From the NCBI GenBank assembly GCA_964396455.1, contig CAYNFG010000003.1, positions 1 through 58,962 of the forward strand: a DNA stretch of 58,962 nucleotides, written 5' to 3'. This document shows positions 1-9,402 of the stretch, one piece after another. The notes beneath the pieces were generated by a model. The model was not told the DNA's origin. It searched no databases and saw only the letters and a list, made by a program, of their open reading frames with translations. This stretch comes from an uncultured Nitrososphaeria archaeon (lineage in GTDB: Archaea; Thermoproteota; Nitrososphaeria_A; Caldarchaeales; Wolframiiraptoraceae). Made by a program: the position numbers and the translations under genes. How positions within the stretch are numbered: the stretch's first letter is position 1; each line of letters opens with the position of its first letter.

Positions 1-315
1 GTTCGCGGGGAGGGGGTTAGGGGCGGGAAGGTGAAGAAGCTCCTCCTCGAAGCATATGAGGAGCAGGCTGAGAAGAGCTTGGCGAGGATAGCGGAAGAGC
101 TATCGAAAGTGGATGGGATAATAGATGTGAGAATCCATCATATCGTCGGAGAATTAGAGGTTGGAGAGGATATAGTCTATATCGTTGTCGCAGGTAGCCA
201 TAGAGGCGAGGTCTTCAAAGTATTAAGGGAAGCCGTTGAACGTATGAAGAGGGAGGCGGCGATCTGGAAGAAGGAGATAACGGATCTGGGAGAATACTGG
301 GTATCTGGAGAGTAG
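1..315 (+). CDS. moaE: Molybdopterin synthase catalytic subunit MoaE, 5'-truncated by the window edge
   Basis: Frame 1 is open from base 1 (VRGEGVRGGKVKKLLLEAYEE...). The core IVVAGSHRGEVFKVLREAVERMKREAAIWKKE matches the conserved MoaE C-terminal signature (S.HR..AF......K...PIWKKE). The GTG at 31 is only the first in-window start. Confidence 0.75.
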   Translation, partial: VRGEGVRGGKVKKLLLEAYEEQAEKSLARIAEELSKVDGIIDVRIHHIVGELEVGEDIVYIVVAGSHRGEVFKVLREAVERMKREAAIWKKEITDLGEYWVSGE

Positions 316-320
316 TCTCC

Positions 321-605
321 CTAACCCCCGCCGACAGGCGGTAAGACCGCGACTACGTCTCCATCCCTCAGCCTCTTATCTGGATCAGCGCGATTACCAT
401 TCACGATCACGATATAGCTTGAAGACTCTCCCTCCAGAAATCTCCTAATCTTACTCCTCCAAACCTCGGCAGCATTCCTATGCCTCTCCGGGATATGGTT
501 TAGGAGCAGATCGCCCAATGTTGCGCCATCCTCTAGCTCATACTCCTCCTCCCCAACGCCTAGAATCTCTCTAAGAAGAGCGAAATACTTCACCTTAATC
601 CTCAT
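321..605 (-). CDS. moaD: MoaD/ThiS-family ubiquitin-like sulfur carrier (SAMP-like), C-terminal GG
   Basis: 94 aa with a beta-grasp-like pattern (MRIKVKYFALLREI...VNGNRAD...DGDVVAVLPPVGGG). The terminal diglycine is typical of MoaD/SAMP. Convergent with moaE across a 5-nt gap. Confidence 0.75.
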   Translation of the reverse strand: MRIKVKYFALLREILGVGEEEYELEDGATLGDLLLNHIPERHRNAAEVWRSKIRRFLEGESSSYIVIVNGNRADPDKRLRDGDVVAVLPPVGGG

Positions 606-617
606 TTCAAAGCCACA

Positions 618-1268
618 TCATCGCTTGGAGATATTAAGCATTCCCAGTCTCACCAATACCTGTCTTAGATTCCTCCAATCCTCTACAAGCCTACTCCTAA
701 GATTCGGGTTTCTAAGGGCGGAGGCCGGATGATACATCGGCATGATATATCCTGTCAGGGTTAGCGTCGAGAACTCGTAGAGCCTTCCATGAATCTTCTC
801 CATAGGCTCCGCCTTCAGGCCGAATTTTCCGAGGAGGTAGGATGCCGCCAGATTGCCTAACGCTATTATCAGCCTTGGTTGGATTATCTCTATCTGCTTA
901 TCGAGATAGGGCGTGCATGCTTCAACCTGCTCGCCAGTTGCCTTATTCTCTGGGAGAAAGCATTTCATGACATTCGTGATATAGACCTCTCTCCTATCCA
1001 ATCCCGCCTCCCCGAGGAGCTGATTAAGAAACTTTCCAGCAGCACCAACAAAAGGTCTTCCCTGAAGATCCTCCTGCCTACCAGGTCCAAGCCCGACAAG
1101 CATTATCCTAGCATCAGGGGGCCCCTCGCCGAAAACCGGCTTCCTCCTAGTCTTCCATAAATCGCATCTCCTACAATTCTCGACCTCCCTTCTCAAATTC
1201 TCCAAAAGCTTCTCCTTCGACAATTCTCCATCTCTCAGCTCTTCTTCTACGGGATAAGGGTTTCCCAA
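618..1268 (-). CDS. udg: Uracil-DNA glycosylase, family 4 (Fe-S type)
   Basis: Motifs GEGPPDARIMLVGLGPGRQED and RPFVGAAGKFLNQLL, C-terminal HPA, and N-terminal cysteines (CRRCDL) are typical of thermophilic family-4 UDGs. Confidence 0.85.
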   Translation of the reverse strand: MGNPYPVEEELRDGELSKEKLLENLRREVENCRRCDLWKTRRKPVFGEGPPDARIMLVGLGPGRQEDLQGRPFVGAAGKFLNQLLGEAGLDRREVYITNVMKCFLPENKATGEQVEACTPYLDKQIEIIQPRLIIALGNLAASYLLGKFGLKAEPMEKIHGRLYEFSTLTLTGYIMPMYHPASALRNPNLRSRLVEDWRNLRQVLVRLGMLNISKR

Positions 1269-1271
1269 GAA

Positions 1272-2945
1272 TTATTGGGAGAAGGATGCGTTTCTCAGCC
1301 TATTCAATACCCAGATTACATCGATTCCATCGACTAATGCTAGATCTGGTGGGACGGGTTTTACAAAGGTCTCGAAGCCCTTATCCTTTATGGCAGAATT
1401 TATCCATTCTATCAGCTCTCTAACATACATGGGTTCGCTGGGCTTCCTTAAGCTCATCAGGATATGGGCTATGAAATTGACCTGACCCTTCTCGACTATC
1501 CTCGGGTTATCGGATACGTCAAGCTCAAACGATTCTCCATTCTCATATCTCGCTATCAGCTTGAACCCCGATACCTTAATCTTCTTCAGACCTCTGATAC
1601 CATAGAATACCCTCTTCCTCGGAGGCTTGTATTCGATCATGCTGGCCTCGGGAGCGTACCTCTTAGCATACTCGGTGATCTCTCTTGGGAGATAATTCTC
1701 CATTATGATTATCCGGTCGGCGGCGCTTATCAGGGATGATGATGCTCCCGCGACGGCTATTATCCCTATCCCGCATTTCGAGATAATGCTCCTCCCCTGC
1801 ATGCATAACGGTTTTATCGGCTCCTCCCTGATTATCCGATTCATTACCTCATCCTTGTATAATAGGTTCGTCGCGCTAGTATCCTCATCTATTAGAATAG
1901 ACTCTGCTCCAGCCTCTATCGCCTCATTAATGGCTGCGGCCATGCTCGTCGAGCCGCTCGCGCATGAGCTCGAAAAATCTCCCGTATCCACGCCTCCCGG
2001 AAGGCTTTCTATAAAGCTGGAGATATCGACATGGGAGATGAGCCTACCATCCTCCGCCTTCACGAGAATGGTTCCGCGTCGCGAGATTACGTATTCTCTT
2101 CCATCGCCCTTAACGTGATTATAGATTCCTTCCTGAATTGCTTTGAGGAGCGTGGTTTTGCCGTGATAGCCTCCTCCGGTTATCGTGATGAAGCCTCTTG
2201 GAAGAATCATTCCTGAGATTGTTTTCCCGCTTGGAAGCTTTATGCGCGCTCTAAGCTCTGGAGGAGATTTAATCGGTATAGCGGTCTTAAGAGGCTTAAT
2301 CGAATAACTGGACTCTCTTGGCAGAATACTTCCATCTCCTATAAATGCTAGGGCATCTGATTCGTAAAGCCATCTCCTGATATACTCCTGATCTAGGTAG
2401 AGGTTGATGTGCTTTTCAAGATCTTCTCTAACCCTTGCTTGGAAGATTACCGCCTTAACGAGTTCTGGAATCTTGTCTAGGAGGATCTCTCTAGCCTTAT
2501 CGCCGAGGATCCTCCTACCCCTCGCCGGAAGACCTATGAAGAGTCTGAAGACTAGGCTTCGACCTGAGATATCGACGCAGGATCTTCTCAGGATGCATGG
2601 GCTGGGCTTTGGGATTCCGAGATATCCGCTATTACCCGTTCCGCATTTCCGTCTAAGCCTTCTGCTATGAAGGTGGAGCAGCCTGGCCAGATAATCGAGT
2701 AATGGTATGATGCATCTCTCATCCAGAAACTTATTGGGGAGCTTATGCACGTTAGGCGGGATCGTTATCTCGATAACCGATGGCGGGGCATATGGATCTC
2801 CTTGGATTCTCGTTAGGAGGGCTTCGCCGAACTCGTAGCCTAAGAGCTTTGCTCTTAGCCTCTTATAGGCGCCGTATCTCCTGCCGTTAAGCCTTTTGAG
2901 AATCTCTCTCAGGTCGTTTTCTCCAAGAACCTCGGTAAAGCTCAT
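1272..2945 (-). CDS. Predicted ATPase of the ABC class (ABC_ATPase / PF09818-like), function unknown
   Basis: 557 aa. The P-loop-like ITGGGYHGKTTLLKAIQEGIYNHVKGDGREYV and the downstream ILIDEDTSATNLL match my recollection of the ABC_ATPase family. Only 3 nt upstream of udg on the same strand. Confidence 0.7.
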   Translation of the reverse strand: MSFTEVLGENDLREILKRLNGRRYGAYKRLRAKLLGYEFGEALLTRIQGDPYAPPSVIEITIPPNVHKLPNKFLDERCIIPLLDYLARLLHLHSRRLRRKCGTGNSGYLGIPKPSPCILRRSCVDISGRSLVFRLFIGLPARGRRILGDKAREILLDKIPELVKAVIFQARVREDLEKHINLYLDQEYIRRWLYESDALAFIGDGSILPRESSYSIKPLKTAIPIKSPPELRARIKLPSGKTISGMILPRGFITITGGGYHGKTTLLKAIQEGIYNHVKGDGREYVISRRGTILVKAEDGRLISHVDISSFIESLPGGVDTGDFSSSCASGSTSMAAAINEAIEAGAESILIDEDTSATNLLYKDEVMNRIIREEPIKPLCMQGRSIISKCGIGIIAVAGASSSLISAADRIIIMENYLPREITEYAKRYAPEASMIEYKPPRKRVFYGIRGLKKIKVSGFKLIARYENGESFELDVSDNPRIVEKGQVNFIAHILMSLRKPSEPMYVRELIEWINSAIKDKGFETFVKPVPPDLALVDGIDVIWVLNRLRNASFSQ

Positions 2946-3031
2946 TCCATCCTGCAGGGGTAGGGCGACTTATCAAAAATTCCGGGTAAAGATTATATCG
3001 GGCTTCGCCGGCTGCGGGATGCCTTTAAAAG

Positions 3032-3442
3032 ATGCTCCTCGATCTAGTCCTTGAGCAGCCTATGCCCTATATTGTTAAGCTGGAGTTCAGCGGCGGCGTT
3101 AGGGCGGTATGCAGGCTAGGGGATGAGGCTGAGCTTGAGAAGCTTGTCAAGAAGTCTCCATTTACCTCGGAGGCGAATCGATGGGGCGAGGAGATATACT
3201 TCGATCTTCCAGTAAAGCTTAGGCTAAAGGGTGAGAGGACGTTGATGGAGGTCGGCGAGGTAGCCTATTGGCCTGAGGGAAACTCCCTCTGCCTCTTCTT
3301 CGGGCCAACGCCCGTCAGCAAGGATGAGAGACCTGTAGCCTATAGCGATGTAAAGCCTCTGGGTAGGGTCGTTGAGGGTTTGGAGGATCTGAAGAAGGTT
3401 AAGGATGGCGAGGAGGTTAGGGTAGAGATCAGGAAAGAATAG
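3032..3442 (+). CDS. Cyclophilin-like domain protein (PF04126-like), function unknown
   Basis: The pattern ...RWGEEIYFDLPVKL...GEVAYWPEGNSLCLFFGPTPVS resembles the cyclophilin-like superfamily. An alternative ATG at 3062 (MPYIVKLEF) is plausible. Confidence 0.5.
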   Translation: MLLDLVLEQPMPYIVKLEFSGGVRAVCRLGDEAELEKLVKKSPFTSEANRWGEEIYFDLPVKLRLKGERTLMEVGEVAYWPEGNSLCLFFGPTPVSKDERPVAYSDVKPLGRVVEGLEDLKKVKDGEEVRVEIRKE

Positions 3443-3444
3443 AT

Positions 3445-4476
3445 CTACTCCTCCAAAATTTTTCTCGCCCGCTCGGCTATCGCCTCAGCCATCTCACTAG
3501 TAGAGGCGCTTCCACCAAGATCATAGGTTACATGCTTTCCTTCGGCGATCACCTGCTCGGTTGCCTTAAAGATCGCATCCATTTTATCCTTCTCGCCTAG
3601 GTATCCGAGCATCCAGGCCATCGAGAGGATCGTCGCGGTTGGATTAACCTTATTCATCCCCTTATACTTCGGGGCGCTTCCATGAGCAGGCTCGAACATG
3701 GCGTAGTCGTCTCCCATATTCGCCGAATACACCATCCCTATACTCGCGACAAGCGCCGCGGCCTCCTCGCTAATGATATCCATGAAGAGGTTCGACCCCA
3801 AGATCACCGTATGATTAAATCTCTCATGATTCTTGACAAGCTGCTGGGCCATGTTATCTATGAAGTATTCATCCCAAGCCACCTCCGGATAATCCTTCGC
3901 CACCTCCTGAACCGCCTCGATGAACACCCCGTCGCACTCCTTCATTATATTCCTCTTAGTGACGACCACCACCCTATTCCATCCGTTCTCCCTCGCTAGC
4001 TCGAATGCCTTCCTCGCAACCCTCATCGACTGCCTCTTACTGATCTTCCTGATCGCTATAGCCACATCGGGGGTGATCCTCAGATCTATCCCCGTGTAAA
4101 GACCTTCAGTCGCCTCCCTAACGCAGATTAGATCGACCGGGCCTAGCCTACCCTTTATCCCGCCGAGAGTCTTAACCGGCCTAATATTCGCATAGAGATC
4201 AAATCTCTGCCTTATGCTAACAGCGACGCTCTTAAGATGCCTAATATCCGGCGGAGTGGTCGTCGGACACTTCAAAACAGCGTCGGATTCCTCCATAAGC
4301 TCCCAAACCTCCCTTGGAATCAGAGAATCTCCTCCATGCTTAAGCCACCACTCATAGCCTGCGTCAACCGGGATGATCTCGACATCGCTTCCGACGGCTT
4401 CATAAACCTTCAGGGCGGCGTCCGCCAGCTCCGGCCCAACTCCATCACCGCGAATAAGAACCGCCTTCTTCCCCAA
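3445..4476 (-). CDS. Isopropylmalate / homoisocitrate / isocitrate dehydrogenase family protein
   Basis: 343 aa with beta-decarboxylating dehydrogenase signatures: IRPVK, VREATEGLY, NLFMDIISEEAAALVASIGM, FEPAHGSAPKYKG. Specificity cannot be assigned by eye. Confidence 0.85.
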   Translation of the reverse strand: MGKKAVLIRGDGVGPELADAALKVYEAVGSDVEIIPVDAGYEWWLKHGGDSLIPREVWELMEESDAVLKCPTTTPPDIRHLKSVAVSIRQRFDLYANIRPVKTLGGIKGRLGPVDLICVREATEGLYTGIDLRITPDVAIAIRKISKRQSMRVARKAFELARENGWNRVVVVTKRNIMKECDGVFIEAVQEVAKDYPEVAWDEYFIDNMAQQLVKNHERFNHTVILGSNLFMDIISEEAAALVASIGMVYSANMGDDYAMFEPAHGSAPKYKGMNKVNPTATILSMAWMLGYLGEKDKMDAIFKATEQVIAEGKHVTYDLGGSASTSEMAEAIAERARKILEE

Positions 4477-4548
4477 TATCAGATCACCTACACGCTTCCC
4501 AGAGATCCAAGATTAATTTTAGTATTGTTTCGGAGCGTTCTCGACGGC

Positions 4549-5862
4549 TTATAGCTCGAAGCCGGCTCTCTTAGCGAATAGCTTGAACTCCTGCTCGCCT
4601 ATCGGGTATCTCCGCTCCCTAGCCGAGAACTCTTTGGTTATCAGCTCGACGAGATTAAGCAGCCTCGGATCGTTTTCATCAACCTTTCTCCCAAGCAGCT
4701 CTTCAAGCTTAAGCCTTATGCCATGTTTCCCGGATCTCCTCCCGATGACTATAGACCTCCTCTGGCCTACGAGCTCCGGCGGGAACGTCTCATAGGTTAA
4801 GGGCAGCTTGGATATGCCGTGGAGATGGATTCCGGATTCATGAGCGAAGGCTCCATCCCCGACTATCGCCTTATTCACGGGTAGGTGATAGCCTAGGGCG
4901 GAGGCTATATAGACCGCCAGCTCTCTAAGAGGCTTCAGATTCCACTTCTTAATATCATAATGCATGTAGCAGTTCATGATTATTTTCTCCGTCTCAGCGT
5001 TGCCAGCCCTATCTCCGAGGCCTAGGAAGGTCGTGCTAACATATACTTTATCATATAGGCCGTCGGCAGCCCTGATAGTCGCCATCGTATTCTCGACAGC
5101 GTTTCCAAGATCATCATGAGCGTGAATCTCGATGTATGGTATCTTCGTCTCAGCCTTAATACGCTTAACCTTCTCCGGAATCCCTCTTGGAAGGGGTGCG
5201 CGCGGATCGGATAGGCCGCAGCCAACCGTATCACATATCCTATAGACTTGCGCCCCCGCCTCGGCCACGGCGTTTATGAAGATCTTCTCAAACTTCCAGT
5301 CGGCTCTCGTGCTATCCTCTCCATGGACGAAGACGGTCATCCCATGCTCTCTAGCATAGGTTACCGCATCAACGACCCTATTCACGAGATCTTCTAGGCT
5401 GAGATTAGGCCACTTGGCAAAGTGTATATAGGAGACTGGATGCGAGATTCCGACCTGCTCGAAGTCCAGCCTAATCGCCTCATCTATATCCTGCTTATTC
5501 GCCCTACACCAAGCTGCGAGAAGAGGTCCTAAGCCATTATCCTGCATAAGCTTAATCGACTCCTTATCCGACTTCGCATAGATCATAACCTCAAGCCTCT
5601 CAACGCCTATCTCCCGAAGCATTAACGCTATCTTCAGATATTCCTCCGGCCTCGGGTTGAGAAGCCCAGCCATCTGAAGTCCTTCCCTAAGAGTCGTATC
5701 ATCTATGATGACGTCGACATTTAATGGCAGCGGCTCATAGACTATCCTCTTAACCTCCTCCCATTTACCCGCATCGAATCCATCGAACTGGGATAGGGAG
5801 ATGAGCCTCTCTATAAGCCTCCTTCTCTCCTCTTCTAAAGATGCTAAATCATTCACGGCCAT
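4549..5862 (-). CDS. Homocitrate / 2-isopropylmalate / citramalate synthase family (HMGL-like TIM barrel)
   Basis: DTTLREGLQ near the N-terminus of the barrel, HAHDDLGNAVENTMATIRAA (metal-binding HxH) and AHESGIH are DRE-TIM Claisen condensing enzyme motifs. It lies next to the dehydrogenase above. Confidence 0.8.
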   Translation of the reverse strand: MAVNDLASLEEERRRLIERLISLSQFDGFDAGKWEEVKRIVYEPLPLNVDVIIDDTTLREGLQMAGLLNPRPEEYLKIALMLREIGVERLEVMIYAKSDKESIKLMQDNGLGPLLAAWCRANKQDIDEAIRLDFEQVGISHPVSYIHFAKWPNLSLEDLVNRVVDAVTYAREHGMTVFVHGEDSTRADWKFEKIFINAVAEAGAQVYRICDTVGCGLSDPRAPLPRGIPEKVKRIKAETKIPYIEIHAHDDLGNAVENTMATIRAADGLYDKVYVSTTFLGLGDRAGNAETEKIIMNCYMHYDIKKWNLKPLRELAVYIASALGYHLPVNKAIVGDGAFAHESGIHLHGISKLPLTYETFPPELVGQRRSIVIGRRSGKHGIRLKLEELLGRKVDENDPRLLNLVELITKEFSARERRYPIGEQEFKLFAKRAGFEL

Positions 5863-5868
5863 TTTTCT

Positions 5869-5886
5869 AAATACTCGGAAATACTC
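5869..5886. promoter_or_regulatory. Tandem 8-mer AAATACTC-gg-AAATACTC (10-bp phasing) next to the start of the homocitrate-synthase-like gene
   Basis: Exact direct repeat 7-24 nt from the minus-strand ATG (5862), downstream of a minus-strand TATA-like tract (rc of 5891..5912). Confidence 0.35.
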
Positions 5887-5916
5887 TGCCTATTAACATT
5901 ATTTATGTAAAACGAG

Positions 5917-5934
5917 GACTTTCTACGACTTTCT
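5917..5934. promoter_or_regulatory. Tandem 8-mer GACTTTCT-ac-GACTTTCT (10-bp phasing) just upstream of the nitroreductase TATA-like box
   Basis: Exact direct repeat immediately 5' of aaacatttttacc (about 5938-5950), which lies about 26 nt before the ATG at 5974. Confidence 0.35.
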
Positions 5935-5973
5935 CAAAAACATTTTTACCATTCCAGTAGCCTGGTTCACTTA

Positions 5974-6567
5974 ATGGGGAGAATTCTCGAGCTAGCGAGG
6001 TCTAGAAGAAGCATACGCTCCTATAGCTGTGATCCAGTCCCTCTGGAGGATGTGGCTTATATCGTTGATGTAGCTCGGCATGCTCCGAGTGGGGCGAATA
6101 AGCAGCCTTGGAGGTTTCTAGTAATACGGGACCCGCTGGTAAAGAAGCTGATAAGAGGGAAATGCGAGGAGGTTGAGAGAAGGTTTCATGAGCGGGTTGA
6201 TCCTGAGTTTAGGGAGTGGCTTAGGAGTAGGGGGATAAGCTGGCGTAAGCAATTCCTAACAGATGCGCCGATTCTCATACTGGTATTCGCTAGGCGTGGT
6301 GAGCCTTACTGGATTGAAAGCACTTGGATCTCGATAGGCTATCTAATCCTGGCTGCTGAGGAGCTGGGCTACTCCACCCTAACCTACACCCCCTCCGAGG
6401 TAGATTGGTCTAATAAGATTCTCCAAGTTCCAGAAGAATACGCTCTACAAGCGATAATCCCGATCGGAAAGCCGGCGGAGCGTAGGGAGGCTCGAGAGCA
6501 GGATCGTAGGCTATCCTTACATGAGGTATGCTATCTCGATAGCTGGGGTAAGGGTTTAGAGATATGA
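5974..6567 (+). CDS. Nitroreductase family protein
   Basis: The N-terminal RRSIRSY...VPLEDV..IV.VARHAPSGANKQPWRFLVI is the classic nitroreductase FMN-binding start. Confidence 0.8.
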   Translation: MGRILELARSRRSIRSYSCDPVPLEDVAYIVDVARHAPSGANKQPWRFLVIRDPLVKKLIRGKCEEVERRFHERVDPEFREWLRSRGISWRKQFLTDAPILILVFARRGEPYWIESTWISIGYLILAAEELGYSTLTYTPSEVDWSNKILQVPEEYALQAIIPIGKPAERREAREQDRRLSLHEVCYLDSWGKGLEI

Positions 6568-9293
6568 GAAGCCTTCTTCCGGGAGCGCTCAACGCGTGCT
6601 ACTAGGAGGATTTTAACAAGCTCGCATACTACGAAGACGAATACGCAGAATGCCAGCATGAGTAGTAGGTCGCTGGCAGCTGGGAAGACTATCTTGAACG
6701 CCTCTCTAACGGGTTCTAGGCTTATCAGGGTGAAGATGAGGATCGTCTCCCATGCGATTGCGAGGATCAGTAGCTTATGGGGCGGCGCCTTTATGATCGG
6801 ATAGCGTAGGGATCGGCAGCTTAAAGCGACCGCCAGCTCCATGAAGATGAAGGTTAGAAAGACTATGGTCATCGCCCTAATCGCTCCATTAACATCATAC
6901 TCTAGGAAGTAGAGCGAGAGTAGGATCGGAGTTATAACGACGGGTATCGTGATTAGAAGAGGCAGAACATCCCCACTAAATATGGACTCCCTCGGATTTC
7001 GCGGCGGTCTCCTCATTATATCCGGCTCCGGAGGCGCTACCCCGAGGGCTAGGGCTGGGAATCCGTCGGTTGCGAGGTTTATGTATAGTATGTGGGCTGG
7101 GAGAAGCGGTAGGGCGAACTCCCTGAATAGATAGATGGATATTATCGCTCCTATAGATAGAACCGTTATCTCGACCATGTTGCAGGAGAGGAGGTAGACG
7201 AGATACTTCTTGATATTATCATAGATCCATCGGCCAAGCTCTATCGCCTTGACTATTGTAGCGAAGTTGTCATCGAGTAGGATCATGTCCGATGCCTCCT
7301 TCGTTACCTCGGTTCCGGTAATCCCCATGGCCACGCCTATATCCGCCTGCTTTACGGCTGGTGCATCGTTCACGCCGTCTCCCGTCATGGCTACGATCTC
7401 GCCCCTCTTCTTCCAAGCCCTCACGATCCTAAGCTTATGCATCGGCGATACCCTAGCATAGACCGTCACCCTATCGACTATCCTCTCAAACTCCTCATCG
7501 CTTAGCTCGTCAAGCTCTCTTCCGGTTAAGGCTAGATCTCCATCCTTATAGATTCCCATCTGCTTCGCGATCGCGAGGGCTGTGAGCTTGTGATCGCCGG
7601 TTATCATTATCGGCTTTATCCCGACCTGCTTACAGACCTTTATCGCCTCTATCGCCTCCTCCCTCGGCGGATCGATCATCCCAACAAGCCCTAGAAAGAT
7701 CAGATCCCTCTCAGCATCCTCCCTCGAAGACCCATCCATCCTCCTATAGGCTATAGCCAGATTTCTAAGAGCATCGGAGGCAAACCGCTCATTAATCTTC
7801 AGAATCTCCATCCTCAGCTGGGGAGTTAATTCTCTAACCTCCCCATCAACCTGTATATACCTGCACCTATCGAGGACTGTCTCGACCGCGCCCTTCATGA
7901 AAGCTACCTCTCCAAATCCCTCCACGAGGTTTATCGTCGTCATCCTCTTACGCTCAGAGCTGAAGGGAATCTCCCCAACCCTAGGACATCTTGATCTAAG
8001 CTCTTCATGCTTAAACCCGGCCTTCTCCGCGAGAACCACTAAAGCTCCCTCTGTTGGATCGCCCTCGATGCTCCAACCCTTATCCGATCGAACAAGTCTA
8101 GCATCGTTGCAGAGAGCTGCGCCCATCATTAGAAGCTTGAAAGCCTCGCTACCCGGATCATAGTCTCCCTTAAGCTCGCCCTTCGGCTCATATCCAGATC
8201 CCGTAACCTCGATGATCTTTCCATCGACGTAGATCTTCTTAACGGTCATCTCGCCTTTCGTAAGCGTTCCGGTTTTATCCGAGCAGATCACGGTTACGCA
8301 TCCCAGGGTCTCGACGGCGGGCATCCTCCTAACCAAGGCGTTCCTCTTCGCCATCTCCCTCATCCCTATAGCGAGCGTTCCGGTAACTATCGCTGGAAGA
8401 GCCTCCGGGATCACGGCGACGGCCAACGCCGTCGCGAAGAGCATGACCTCGATAACGGTCTCTAATGCGAGATGCCCGGTTACAAGCAGATCCTCGATTA
8501 TGAGTGCGAGAGCTATCAATACGCAGATTATTATGACGAGCTTTCCGAGAACTCCCCCAAGCTCTCTCATCCTCCTCTCCAGCGGCGTCTCAACAACCTC
8601 TATCCCAGTAACCTCCCTAGCGATCTTCCCAAGCTCAGTCCTCATCCCGGTTGCCACGACTACAGCCTTACCCTTACCATAGGTAACGATGGTCCCAGCA
8701 TAAAGCATGCTTCTACGATCTGGAAGCGGAGCATCCACGGCTACAGGCTTAACATCCTTCTCGACCGGAGTCGATTCTCCCGTAAGAGCAGCCTCATTAA
8801 CCTGCAAATCAAAGCATTCAATAATCCTACAATCCGCTACAACCCTATCCCCAGCATTAACAACGATTACATCGCCCGGAACAACCTCTCTAGCCGGAAC
8901 AACCCTCTCAACACCATCCCTAATCACGGTAACGTATGGGGTGAGCATCTTCTTCAAAGCCTCTATCGCCCGCTCAGCCCTATACTCCTGAACAAATCCG
9001 AGAGTCGATGCGGCAAATACTATCGCGAAAATGAGTATGCTATCGACCGGGAACTCATTCTCCAAAACAGCAATAACATAGGATATGATGGTCGCGGCGA
9101 GAAGTATTATTATGAGAGGGCTCTTAAACTGCTTAACCCATATAGAAAACGCCGAAACCCTCTTCTCCGCCATAAGCTCATTATAGCCATATTTTTCAAG
9201 CCTACGCCTAGCCTCCTCCTCACTTAAACCGGAAAGACTAGAGCCAAGCGCTTCTAAAACCTCTTCCACCGATCGCGAGTAAGCATTCTCCAT
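6531..9293 (-). CDS. P-type cation-transporting ATPase (type II-like)
   Basis: 920 aa with TGES, the phosphorylation site CSDKTGTLT, PEALPA (PEGLP-like), MITGDHKLTA, the TGDGVNDAPAVKQADIGVAMG hinge, and about 10 hydrophobic segments. Confidence 0.9.
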   Translation of the reverse strand: MENAYSRSVEEVLEALGSSLSGLSEEEARRRLEKYGYNELMAEKRVSAFSIWVKQFKSPLIIILLAATIISYVIAVLENEFPVDSILIFAIVFAASTLGFVQEYRAERAIEALKKMLTPYVTVIRDGVERVVPAREVVPGDVIVVNAGDRVVADCRIIECFDLQVNEAALTGESTPVEKDVKPVAVDAPLPDRRSMLYAGTIVTYGKGKAVVVATGMRTELGKIAREVTGIEVVETPLERRMRELGGVLGKLVIIICVLIALALIIEDLLVTGHLALETVIEVMLFATALAVAVIPEALPAIVTGTLAIGMREMAKRNALVRRMPAVETLGCVTVICSDKTGTLTKGEMTVKKIYVDGKIIEVTGSGYEPKGELKGDYDPGSEAFKLLMMGAALCNDARLVRSDKGWSIEGDPTEGALVVLAEKAGFKHEELRSRCPRVGEIPFSSERKRMTTINLVEGFGEVAFMKGAVETVLDRCRYIQVDGEVRELTPQLRMEILKINERFASDALRNLAIAYRRMDGSSREDAERDLIFLGLVGMIDPPREEAIEAIKVCKQVGIKPIMITGDHKLTALAIAKQMGIYKDGDLALTGRELDELSDEEFERIVDRVTVYARVSPMHKLRIVRAWKKRGEIVAMTGDGVNDAPAVKQADIGVAMGITGTEVTKEASDMILLDDNFATIVKAIELGRWIYDNIKKYLVYLLSCNMVEITVLSIGAIISIYLFREFALPLLPAHILYINLATDGFPALALGVAPPEPDIMRRPPRNPRESIFSGDVLPLLITIPVVITPILLSLYFLEYDVNGAIRAMTIVFLTFIFMELAVALSCRSLRYPIIKAPPHKLLILAIAWETILIFTLISLEPVREAFKIVFPAASDLLLMLAFCVFVFVVCELVKILLVARVERSRKKASHISKPLPQLSR

Positions 9294-9402
9294 CTAATGA
9301 AATCCCTTCCCGAGAGGAAAATACATGAACTTTAAAGCTTTGCGATCAGAAGGAGAAGATTTAAAAAATTGAGGTCCTAGAAATATGGGAGATTTTCAAG
9401 TT

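Noticed and set aside
8472-9227. 251-aa plus-strand ORF, and several other ORFs of 60-100 aa, antisense to the P-type ATPase gene
   Set aside because: They lie entirely inside a well-supported 920-aa CDS. The translation is low-complexity (Asn/Ser/Leu/Pro-rich) with no motifs. This is typical of the shadow frame of a coding region.
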